64,000 nt of DNA, taken from positions 57,660,001-57,724,000 of the forward strand of contig OX597826.1 of NCBI GenBank assembly GCA_951406725.2. The letters run 5' to 3'. Numbering within the stretch: position 1 is the first letter of the stretch; each line of letters starts with the position of its first letter. The notes below the pieces were generated by a model. That model was not told the DNA's origin and did no database searches. It saw nothing but the letters and a program-made list of their open reading frames with translations. The position numbers were made by a program, and so were the translations under genes. Below, piece after piece: positions 53,390 to 64,000 of this stretch. The stretch is from Octopus vulgaris (taxonomy: Eukaryota).

Positions 53390-53872
53390 TGTGCTTAGAG
53401 TGTGGCTTTACAGATTGTATCTAGTCTCACTAAATGATCGTCCACTCGTGACCGAGGAAGACCATTGCCGACCTTCAGGAACATTGTGCCCTCTAGGACT
53501 AACTTATATTTTGCATTTGCGGCTCCGTTGGTGGCTAATTAGCCCTGCTCTTGACAAGCATACACGACTGCAAACATTGTAGACCAAGCTTTCCCCATTC
53601 ACTATACGAGCTGTGCGCTTTCGCACAGCTCGCTTAAGTTCTTCATGCTGGATACGTGCTCTCTCAAAAGTGTCGATCCCCTCCTTAACCTGCTTTCTCC
53701 ATCTGTGGTGATGACAGGCATTGTTCTCCCAGTCAGTGTCCTGTATATCAAAAGCCTTTAACGAGGACTTGACACAGTCCTTAAATCGTAGCCTTGGTTT
53801 CTGCCAGAGTCTCCTTCTATTCACAAGTTCTCCATAGAGCATCTGCTTAGGAATCCTTCTATCCTCCATTCG
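53390..53872 (-). mobile_element. 5'-truncated RTE-clade LINE (ORF C-terminus and 3' UTR)
   Basis: ORF 53504-53872 reads 'RMEDRRIPKQMLYGEL..KPRLRFKDCVKSSLK..DW..RWR..CSRVCLSRAGLISHQR', the typical RTE C-terminus with a Cys/His motif. The first ~17 aa of the listed ORF come from the adjacent C2 unit. Confidence 0.88.
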
Positions 53873-54082
53873 GGAAGGTTTACGAAAATAAACAAAAGAC
53901 GAAGGCAAGTGGAGTACAAACAAACAAATGTATTAGTATAGCGCTCAGGAATAGAAATAGAAAAAGTCTTTTACGTTTCGAGCCTATGCTCTTTGACAGA
54001 AAGATACACAGAAAAAAACAAGGAGAGAAACAAGGAGAGAAAAAAAAATGCATGTAGGAGCTAACGCTCTATCATGGCGTCC
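53873..54082 (-). mobile_element. Family C2 Penelope-like unit
   Basis: Homologous to 13258-13452 and abuts (AT)n/(GTAT)n. Confidence 0.6.
53967..54004 (-). ncRNA. Minimal hammerhead-like motif (C2 variant, probably decayed)
   Basis: The minus strand reads TCTTT-CTGTCAA-A-GAGC-ATAG-GCTC-GAAAC-GT-A-AAAGA. Confidence 0.45.
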
Positions 54083-54083
54083 A

Positions 54084-54119
<36 letters not shown>

Positions 54120-54983
54120 TGTATGTATGTCATTATTCAGTTTTACTTCAAGATTTCTTGGCAATAGAGTTTCTAACCTAGATCCCAGGCTCCTTCATTG
54201 GAATTTAAATATCAACAACAGGGTATTTTTGTATGTATGTATATGTACATGTAGATTTGTATGTTTTGTTTTATGTATGTCTTCTCATGCATTCACTGTG
54301 TGTGCATGTATGTATGAAGATGAGAGAGCCACTCCAAAATTCAAGAATCCAGTGGTTTGGTTAGGGGAGCTGTCAACTGACTTGGTGTATTTACACCTGT
54401 TTGTCTACAGTAAGAAGTTTTCTCCATGAAAAAATATGAGTGGCTTTCTCACAGGTTCAAATATGCTTGCTAACAAGTTTGTATTTATACACATAACTGC
54501 TTAGCACTCTCACTTCATGTTCGGCCAAGCCTGAACTTTCCTTCTTGGTACCATCCGTGCAACATCTATATTCCTCCCTGTGCCTGTCAAATCTTATGTC
54601 CCTGCCGTAAGGCTTTACTTCCACACAAGCCAGCTTAATTTAATTCGTCCTTAATCGAAAGACACCTGTTGCTATGTCCTGTTATTTGCATTTGTATTTG
54701 TGTAACAATTGTTCGCTTTTTCCATCCTTGTTTTCGTATACATTCGCTGCTTTCTTCCAAGGAATCTAATGCTCTTAGCTTAGTTTTTCCTTGGGGTTGG
54801 CCAGATTAGAGCAATCTCGAGTATTACCAGCCGAAATTGTAAAGATAATCTGGAACTCGACTGAGGAAAGAAAACTCCAAATGACCCATCCTTGTTTCCT
54901 TTGTATTGTCTGTCTGGATGTTTTGTTGTTCCTTTTTGTATCACCTAACTGTCTGGATGTTTTGCGTTCTTGTCCCATTATTG

Positions 54984-55037
<54 letters not shown>

Positions 55038-55038
<1 letters not shown>

Positions 55039-55339
55039 GAGGCGCAGTGGTTAGGGCAGCGGACTTGCGGTCGTAGGATCGCGGTTTCGATTCCCAGACC
55101 GGGCGTTGTGAGTGTTTACTGAGCGAAAACACCTAAAAATCTCCATGAGGCTCCGGCAACGGGTGCTGGCGATCCCTGCTGTACTCTTTCGTCACAACTT
55201 TCTCTCACTCTTTCTTCTGTTGGCCTGCTCGCTTAGCCAGCGGGGTGGCTTCATTCGAAGGCTAAAACAATGCGAACACATTGTGACCAGCGTTGTGTAA
55301 CAACATCTGATGGTCTGGTCGGTCACGTGATCACGTGAT
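55038..55339 (+). mobile_element. tRNA-derived SINE, family H2 (head 1 + tail 2)
   Basis: The first ~180 bp match H1. The 3' half is different, ends tcacgtgatcacgtga, and is embedded in GT/AT repeats. Confidence 0.85.
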
Positions 55340-55707
55340 ATATATATATATATACACACATATATATATGAATGTATGTATGTATAAATAGGTAAGCAGA
55401 CAGATTGATTGATACACATATGTATGCATGCACACACACACACACACACACACACATGCACGTACACATGGATCACATATTGTTTTATTCTTTTACTGGC
55501 TTCAATCAGTGGACTATGGCCTCCTGAGGCACTGCTTTCAAAGGTTTAAGCCAGTCATTTTGACTTTAGTATTTATTTAAGTCTAATATTCATTTCATTG
55601 GTGCCTATTTTTGCAGCTGCTAAGTTACAGGACATAAAGGGACAGACCTTAAATAACAACACTGATTTTTGAACCACTTTAAATCAAACAAATATGCACC
55701 CCTACCT

Positions 55708-55746
<39 letters not shown>

Positions 55747-55750
<4 letters not shown>

Positions 55751-55793
55751 CCCCAGCATGGCCACAGCTTGTGAGCTGAAACTAGATAAAAAA

Positions 55794-55810
<17 letters not shown>
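55747..55810 (+). mobile_element. Family G short 3'-end insertion with poly(A)
   Basis: gtgccccagcatggccacagcttgtgagctgaaactagat(a)n inside (AT)n. Confidence 0.78.
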
Positions 55811-55826
<16 letters not shown>

Positions 55827-55827
<1 letters not shown>

Positions 55828-56057
55828 GTTAATCCAAACATGAAAACACAAAGAGAAAACACAACGCGAGGAGAGGATGTGGAACAAATATAGTATTATT
55901 GGACACTCAGGAAGGAAGGGAGGGAGGAAGGAAGGGAAGAAGGAGGGTCTTATGTTTCGAGCGGAGCTCTTCGTTGGAAACATAGGAGAAGGAAAGATCC
56001 AGAGAAGGGAAGACAGAGGAAAAAAAATCGCCTACGGTATACACGCGGTCACATTTT
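55827..56057 (-). mobile_element. Family C1 Penelope-like unit inside an old minus-strand family A SINE (~55480-56228)
   Basis: Reverse complement of C1, with a decayed hammerhead motif at 55948-55983. Family A halves lie on either side. Confidence 0.65.
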
Positions 56058-56286
56058 GATATATATATATGATAAGTCTTTGCATAGTTTCTGCTTGCCA
56101 AATTCCAATCACAAGGCATTAGGCAACCCAATGCTGTTGTAGAAGATACTTGCCTAAAGTTGTGACATGAGAGCAAACCCTAAACCATATGGTATTAAGT
56201 GGACTTCTTAACAACACAGCCATGCTTGGAAATGTGTGTGTGTGTGTGAAAGAGAAAGAGAGACAGAGACAGAATGCATATGAGTT

Positions 56287-56320
<34 letters not shown>

Positions 56321-56963
56321 TATATATTCAAATACGTACATAGATACACAAAATGGCTTCTCTCCAGTTTAAATGTAATTCAATTAGAAACATGTATTTA
56401 GAGTATCTCCTCCTTGGCTCCCGTTGAGAACTGACAAGTTAGATCATGCAACTCAGGTTAGTAATTAAATTGAGTCCTTCACCATCATATTATCCTCAAA
56501 TTGTGAGGCGCAAAACCAAACAGCACATATTCATGGCTAGAAAGAACTATTTCTTCAAACAGGATGCTGTTGAGTGAAGGAAAGCTGTCAATAAACTTCA
56601 CTGTGCTAATGGAACTTAATTGTAATGAGGATCTTCCTTTTCAGTTACACTGTTGCCGTGTTAGTTTGATTAGGAAACGCGTAATATTGATTCCTTTGAA
56701 CCAGGCATAAGGCCAATTTCTATAGAAGAGGAATATAGTTGATTGAATCAACTTCATATTATATAACTTAACTAATACTTGGTTTACTGACCCCTGTAGC
56801 ATGAAAGGCAACATAGTCAGTACTGGTAGGGTTCGAACTGTGAATGAATGTAGAGGGACAAGCTTAAATAAAGCATTTAGTGCAACACTCTACAGTTCCC
56901 TATCAACTGCTACCAAGGAGATAAATATGTTCAGCAACAAGATGAGTATATGGTTCAGTGAAT

Positions 56964-57382
56964 TTACTCTCTTTACTCTTTTACTTGTTTCAGTCATTTG
57001 ACTGCGGCCATGCTGGAGCACTGCCTTTAGTCGAGCAAATCGACCCCGGGACTTATTCTTTGTAAGCCCAGTACTTATTCTATCGGTCTCTTTTGCCGAA
57101 CCGCTAAGTGACGGGGACGTAAATACACCAGCATCAGTTGTCAAGCAATGCTAGAGGGGCAAACACAGACACACAAACATATACACACACATACGTATAT
57201 ATATATATACACATATATACGATAGGCTTCTTTCAGTTTCCGTCTACCAAATCCACTCACAAGGCTTTGGTCGGCCCGAGGCTATAGCAGAAGACACTTG
57301 CCCAAGATGTCACGCAGTGGGACTGAACCCGGAACCATGTGGTTGGTTAGCAAGCTACTTACCACACAGCCACTCCTGCGCC
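56964..57382 (-). mobile_element. Full-length young family A SINE
   Basis: Reverse complement of family A. Confidence 0.92.
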
Positions 57383-58145
57383 TAATTACTGGTACTTATT
57401 TTATTGACCCTATAGAGTATTATCAAAGTAAGTGGGATTTAAGGTGTAAAGCAACAAAACTAAATACAAGGCTTGAAAAAACAAGGAGTGGTGACAAAAA
57501 GTGCACACAGCTGTAGAAAAATACCCAAAGTCTTGTCCAATATACACCAGTATGGTAAAAAAAAAAAAAAAAACGGATGTAAAAACAATGATAATGGAAG
57601 CATTTTGTGTGATTCTCTTACAGTTTTTCTGCTTCACCAACTTCAGTTTTATTTGTTGTTATTGCTATTATTATTATTTGTATACATTTAAACATCTGTT
57701 CCCCATATGAACACAAGCCAGAAGACATTTCAAATAGATATTTACATGGATTGTTTGAGCAGATGTTTCATAATGGCTTTATGCTAACCACTCGAGTATG
57801 AAGTGGAAATGGTAATTAATTTTGAGAGAAATATGCTAAGCCAAGGAGTGTAATGTACAATGCTCAGGGGCTTAACACAATACCAACTGTCTGAGTTGAA
57901 ACTGTGACTGATGGATAAGTATTTCAGTGCTTTAAGCAGTCAAGCCATCATTTCAGCAACAACTGTTTTTGTTTGGAAATTAAGTACATCTTAAAATTTC
58001 ATTGTTATGTACCTTAATACTTATAATGATAAGATGTAATGCAAGATATATACATAATTAGCAAACTTGCTAATTAAGGTGATTTGTGGCATATAGTCTG
58101 ATGCCACACATTCCAAATAATGTTCTACGTATTTTTAACAGAACT

Positions 58146-58607
58146 AGTTGTTCTGGTTGTTGTTTAGCCCTTGGTCATACCTGATTAAGCTGACATATGA
58201 TCAAAGACATACCAACTATGACCATCCCATCTTTTTTCTATGTGAAAGTACCATGGTACCACAATTTCCAATGAGTCCTTTTTGTAAGACAATGTGGTGT
58301 GATATGAGGGAATTTTGACTGATATTTTTGGCAGGCTGAACTACCACATAGAGACTCCCTCATTTGACTCAAAAGAACCACCAGTTGTTCTGGTTATTGT
58401 TTAGCCCCTGATTAAGCTGAAATATGATCAAAGACATACCAACTGTGACCATCCCATCTTTTTTCTATGTGAAAGTACCATGGTACCACATTTTCCAATG
58501 TGTCCTTTTTGTAAGACAATGTGGTGTGATATGAGGGAATTTTGACTGATATTTCTGGCAGGCTGAACTATCACATAGAGACTCCCTCATCTGACTCAAA
58601 AGAACCA
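58146..58607 (-). repeat. Tandem duplication (~237 and ~225 bp) of a family I repeat with an (AAC)n tail
   Basis: 58146-58382 and 58383-58607 are highly similar. Dispersed diverged relatives lie near 12655, 24640, 33140, 49265 and 63113. Confidence 0.85.
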
Positions 58608-59189
58608 TCGTTAAAATAAGGTTTTCTACATATATGGAAACAATGAAATAGAAGTGACATATTTGAGATTATGAGCCATTAGCAGGTAGTTTCAATACTT
58701 TATCAATTAAGCTATCAATTCAACCACACAGTGGGTCAGGAGTCAAACTATAAGATCAAGCAGTTACACAGCACAATGAGACTTTAGATTTATAGATAGA
58801 TGCCAGTCCAAATGGAGTTTAACAGAATGGTGTTCTCAATACTGCTATTACATGAACATATCATATTGTATAATAAATGGATTCATAATTCTTCACTCTT
58901 CTTAAATACACTTCAGTAGAATAGCAGTAATTATCATTGTTTTAACGTCCATTTTTCCATGCTTGCATGGGTTGGATAGGATTTGTTGAGGCAGATTTTC
59001 TATGGTTGCATGTTCTGTCCACCGGCCCTTACCTGTTCCTAAGAGAGGAATATTTCCCCTTCTTGACCAAATGTTTTCTTAGAAGATTGGAAATGAATGA
59101 CAATGCTTGCATGACAGTGGCACCCATTTATGATTATTAAGTGAAATCAAGGTAAGAAGGCAGTAAAACACACACACACACACACACAC

Positions 59190-59348
59190 ATAGAGGACAG
59201 GCTTCTTTCAGCTTCCATCTACCATATCCACTCACAAAGCTTTAATCAGCCTGGGACTACTTGCCCAAGGCACCATGCAGTGGGACTGAACTCAAAACCA
59301 TGTAGCCAGGGAGTTAATTTCTTACCTCACAGCCATTCTTGTGCCTAT
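59190..59348 (-). mobile_element. Old family A 5' half
   Basis: Diverged reverse complement of the family A head and body. Confidence 0.75.
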
Positions 59349-59522
59349 CAATGGGTATTTTAATTTCCATGTAATTATTAATTTAAATATGACAATCACA
59401 AAATATGTACAATTAACTAAGATCTATGAAATTAACAGCTCCAAAATAGACACCTAAGATTCATATAGAAATTGAGGTTGTTTTACATGAAAGTTTGACC
59501 TTTAATTATAAAGCTGAAAACA

Positions 59523-59937
59523 AGGAGTGGCTGTGTGGTAAGTAGCTTGTTTACCAACCACATGGTTCCGGGTTCAGTCCCACTGCGTGGTACCTTGGGC
59601 AAGTGTCTTCTACTATAGCCTCGGGCTGACCAAAGCCTTGTGAGAGGATTTGGTAGACGGAAACTGAAAGAAGCCCGTCGTATATATGTATATACATATA
59701 TGCGTGTGTGTGTTTGTGTGTCTGTGTTTGTCCCCCTAGCATTGCTTGACAACCAATGCTGGTGTGTTTATGTCCCCGTTACTTAGCAGTTCGGCAAAAG
59801 AGACCGATAGAATAAGTACTGGGCTTACAAAAAGAATAAGTTCCCAGGGTCGAGTTGCTCGATTAAAGGCAGTGCTCCAGCATGGCCGCAGTCAAATGAC
59901 TGAAACAAGTAAAAGAGTAGAAGTGTAAAGAGAGTAA
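59523..59937 (+). mobile_element. Young family A SINE lacking the first ~5 nt
   Basis: Near-identical to the other young copies. Confidence 0.92.
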
Positions 59938-60584
59938 AGTGAGGACTGATGCAATTGCTACCATCTGGTGCTTGAAGATTAAATAACTCTGATATGTATG
60001 AAAATTATTATTTATAAGTAAATTATTCTTATTAGAAAGAGGTGACTTAAAAGAGTAAGTGAAGTGTGAGCACTATGAATTAGTCAGCAGCTGTATTTAA
60101 AATGAAAAAAAAAAAAAGGAAACTGATTCCATATTAAATTATTCCAGCTTGGGATCAATAAGGAAATGTGTTGCTAGTATTAGCTGACTTTCTGTAACAG
60201 CTAGATAATCAAATAATATCATCTACATAATTAGCAAAATTTAAAATTCAAGAAATTCTTTTCTTCAACAAAATAAGACAATAAGAATCCAAGTAACAGA
60301 TCCAGTGTTATATTTGGTGGAAGGGGTGGACATTTGAATGCATTCTAGAAATGATGGTGCTAATTAAAAATTGAAAGGCATATTCTCTTCACTATTATAT
60401 ATATGTTGTGATGTAAATAATTCACAAAGATATAACAACAAATGTTTTAAATGAAGATCTGTTATATAACAGACAAAATACAATATATAACAAAAGGTTA
60501 AGGAGCTCTTTGACTTTATGAAGCTGTAAACCATCTTGTCTTCTGGACTGCAAACACTCACTGTCCCATCTCGTTAGATGTGTG

Positions 60585-60621
<37 letters not shown>

Positions 60622-60796
60622 TTAACATCTGTTTTTCCATGTAGGCATGGGTTGGACAGGTTGACTGAAAACTGGTAAGCTGGGGAGCTGCACCAGGTTT
60701 CAATCTGATTTGGCTTGGTTTCTAAAGCTGGATGCTCTTCCTAACCACTCTAAGAGTGTAGTGGGTGCTTTTTAGTGGCACTGGCATGGGTGCCAG
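60585..60796 (-). mobile_element. Family E retroposon
   Basis: (cat)n tail and family E body. Confidence 0.82.
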
Positions 60797-60835
60797 TTGT
60801 GAAACACCAGTGTGTTAATAATCCTTTCTATTATA

Positions 60836-61066
60836 TATTTCTTTGCTGCCCACAAGGGGCTAAACATAGAGGGGACAAACAAGGACAGACAAAGGGATTA
60901 AGTCGATTACACCCCCCCCCCAGTGCGAAACTGGTACTTTATTTATCAACCCTGAAAGGATGACAGGCAAAGTCGACCTCGGCGGAATTTGAACTCAGAA
61001 CGTAACGACAGACGAAATACCGCTAAGCATTTCGCCCGGCACGCTAATGTTTCTGCCAGCTCGCTG
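60836..61066 (-). mobile_element. Young B1 SINE inserted in the tail of an older B2 copy (which extends to ~61275)
   Basis: 13-bp TSD cctttctattata at 60823-60835 and 61067-61079. Confidence 0.9.
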
Positions 61067-62897
61067 CCTTTCTATTATAAGCACAGGACTTGAAATTTTG
61101 GAGGAGAGGACTAGTTGACTACATCAACCCCAGTGTTCTACTGGTTCTTATTTTATCGACTGTAAAAGGATGAAAGGCAAAGTCGACCTCAGTGGAAATT
61201 GAGCTCTGAATATAAAGATGGACGAAATGTTGCTAAGCATTTTGTCCTGTGAGCTGATGATTTTGCCAGCTTGCAGCTTTTGTGTGTGTTAACAATGAAA
61301 AATCATAAGTAATAACAGCATTGTTTCTTATCTTAGTTATATACAAATATAAGAGAGTCTTTGAATTGTCTTACAGAAATGAAATGAAATGCAGCTTCAA
61401 GCATTTTGTCTACACGTCTAGCACTTGAGAGTCAATCTTCATATCTCTTAGACAGTATTCCATTTCCGTAGGGAAATTCAAAACCCTTTTATACCTGTAT
61501 ATAAACCAAGAAATGATACTTTCATTGCTTCTGACTAATTTTTCTTTTCATTATTAATAATAATATATTATTCTGAACACTACCAAGAACTTTTCAGTTT
61601 TGTATATATGTGTGTGTGTGTGGGGGGGTGTATATGTGTGGGTGGATGTGAATGTGTGTATGCAGTGTACACATGTTAGAAGGGAAACATATTCAGACTG
61701 ATAGTTTTGAATTTCATATTAACAGTTTCCTATTTCTCCACAACACTATTATCTTCACAATATAAATTATAGAATTCGGAACAATAATAGAACAGAATTT
61801 TCACCTAGATGGTCAATTCTATTCTACACTTTGAAATTCACCTGCTAACCAAAAATGATAAAATACTTTTCTGTTGCTTCTTTTTTTTTTGTTTTTGTTT
61901 CCAATTTCCTTAGAAGCTAGTTATCATAACAGTAAGCAATACAACTGAATATAACAGAGAGAGACAAAAGAAAGCAGAAAGAGATCATAGCTAAAGAAAC
62001 GGATCATAGCTAAAATTACTGAATAACAAAAATATATACTTTAAAATTTCAATCTCATATTCATGTCATAATTATAATTAAAATATACTTTATGGCACAT
62101 TTCACTGAACCTAGATTTTATTTGTTATTTATTTATTTGTTTGCTTTTTTTACTTGATATAAAAGTAATTTTGAATATATCAGTCAATAAGAAAATAATA
62201 GTTATGTTTTTGTTGTATAAATGCTTTTAAAATGATTTTCAGTTTTATCTCAGAATATAAGCATCTGAGTAAATTTTAAGACAGAATCAGTAGTAACAGT
62301 AGATTCAGACTTGTACAGTACTAACAATAAATTTCTCTCTATTTTCACCACTTGTGGTTGCAGCTCATTGAGGAAAAAAACATGTTTAAAAATAGAAAAC
62401 AAAAGAATCAAGGAAAAATTTATTATAGTACATACATGGTATTTGTAACATTTTATATACATTAATGGTAGGAGGGGAAAAAAATCAGGTTACATACAGT
62501 ATTTTATATAAACAAGATATATTGAATGTTGACAACTGGAGGTTGTTTTAAGACAACTTCAGGCAACATGAAAGAAGATAAATTGTGTGTTAAGCATCAA
62601 AATCTTACAAAAATCAATCAGATTAAAAATAGAGAATATATATCTTTTCAATCACAGTCTTTAGTTTATCAATAGTTTAGCACTTCTAACAATACAATAC
62701 CTTGCAATTTAAAGTTAAAATGTCGATAATTGTCAGACATTTTTATTATCTGTGCTAATTTTATGGCATTACTACCTAAAACATTAGTATGTTTATTAAG
62801 AAATTAAAAGAAGTGAAAGTCATTAAGTTATACAATTAAAGTTTGAAAATAATAGTCTTTTTATGAGGAAAAAACAAAATAATCTGTATATATATAT

Positions 62898-63016
62898 GCT
62901 TACGGCCATATCACGTTGAAAGCACCGGTTCTCGTCTGATCACCGAAGTTAAGTAACATCGAGCCTAGTTAGTACTTAAATGGGTGATTGCTTGGGAAAC
63001 CTTGGTGCTGTAAGCA
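62898..63016 (+). pseudogene. 5S rRNA-derived sequence (119 nt)
   Basis: gcttacggccatatcacgttgaaagcaccggttctcgtctgatcaccgaagttaag...gttagtacttaaatgggtga..gcttgggaa..ggtgctgtaagc. The terminal helix gcttac/gtaagc is intact. Confidence 0.9.
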
Positions 63017-63088
63017 TTCCTCATTCAGCGGTGGTGCCCCAGCATGGCCGTGGCCTTCGGGCTAAAACATTTTTAAGGATTTAAGGAT
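62898..63088 (+). mobile_element. 5S rRNA-derived SINE (SINE3-like)
   Basis: A complete 5S-like sequence with no T-run terminator directly after it, fused to ggtgccccagcatggccg-hairpin-aaaca and a (tttaagga)2 tail. Confidence 0.72.
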
Positions 63089-63195
63089 ATAGCAAATTAG
63101 AGAGACTGTATATTGCCACTCAATCAACTTGAAATGGTCATCATATACTCTCTGAAATCACACCCTACTATTTTTAAAATGAAGGGCTACATTAA

Positions 63196-63628
63196 CCCTT
63201 TAGCATTTAAACCTGCCATATCCAGCCCACTTAGTCTCCCTGTTTTATGTTCAAACCAGCCAGATCAGGCCTTTTACATCATCCCTACAATGTTGTTCTA
63301 AAAATAATTATCTATTTCTTTACTACCCACAAGGGGCTAAACACAGAGGGGACAAACAAGGACAGACAAACGGATTAAGTCAATTACATCGACCCCAGTC
63401 CGTAATTGGTACTTAGTTTATCGACCCCGAAAGGATGAAAGGCAAAGTCGACCTTGGCGGAATTTGAACTCAGAACGTAACGGCAGATGAAATACGGCTA
63501 CGCATTTCGCCCAGTGTGCTAACGTTTCTGCCATAAATACCGAAGCTATGAGACAATGCAAATTTAATTCAAAACATTGTTAATAAATAAGTATTACATC
63601 TGACAAAGTAATCTGAATACTAATAGTG
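63196..63628. mobile_element. Family F MITE interrupted by B1 and itself nested in a family I repeat (~63113-63730)
   Basis: TTAA|CCCTTTAGCATT left end. Both halves match 26615-26833; the right TIR is decayed. Confidence 0.72.
63313..63533 (-). mobile_element. Young B1 SINE
   Basis: Near-identical to 28596 and 51292, with a possible imperfect TSD ataattatc / ataaatacc. Confidence 0.9.
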
Positions 63629-64000
63629 TAATCTGAGATATACAAACAGATGAGATAGTCACAGCTAGAAAGCCTTTTAAAATATATGTTTGATCAGGAC
63701 CGACTTAGGGTTAAATAACAACAACAACATTAACAATTGTATACCTACAGCAACAGCTGGCTATGTTGATTGTGTTAGAAGCAACTTGGCAAAGGAGTCG
63801 ATAATTCCTATTCTGTGATGAAAGATGTGCTATATCACTGAGAACTACATTCAACTCTAAATGACCTGATCCACATAGCTATAAATAGGTACCATTGATA
63901 TGAATGTACAATACGCTCCTATAAGTAGCGGAGGTACAATATAGTACTTTACTAGGTTTGTAAATCATGTGTAAATCTTTATATATGCTAAATAACTTTG

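Noticed and set aside
53504-53923. Host zinc-finger gene
   Set aside because: The sequence is the RTE LINE ORF C-terminus, and the apparent start lies in an adjacent unrelated repeat.
62898-63016. Functional 5S rRNA gene
   Set aside because: It is solitary, has substitutions in conserved positions, lacks an immediate oligo-T terminator and is fused to a retroposon tail.

Overview
AT-rich eukaryotic intronic or intergenic DNA. No intact host protein-coding gene could be supported. The density of (AT)n/(GT)n/(CAT)n/(AAT)n microsatellites and the SINE repertoire point to an octopod genome (Octopus sp.; inferred from recognising the repeats). Almost all ORF-track entries are microsatellite or SINE artefacts. 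Mobile elements present: several tRNA-headed SINE families (letter labels A-I are my own), a full-length but broken mariner (21.8-23.1 kb), RTE-clade LINE 3' remnants, TTAA-flanked piggyBac-type MITEs, a non-autonomous Helitron and a 5S-rRNA-headed SINE3-like element. Most interesting: (1) two families of (AT)n-embedded repeats carrying minimal variant hammerhead-ribozyme motifs typical of Penelope-like elements; (2) a 3' hairpin that covaries across three retroposon families, including the SINE3; (3) a ~162-bp direct duplication exactly flanking one SINE; (4) a ~188-bp near-perfect fold-back; (5) a candidate recursive splice site; (6) head/tail swapping among SINEs and multi-level nesting. 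Coordinates were read by eye, so ends may be off by a few bases.
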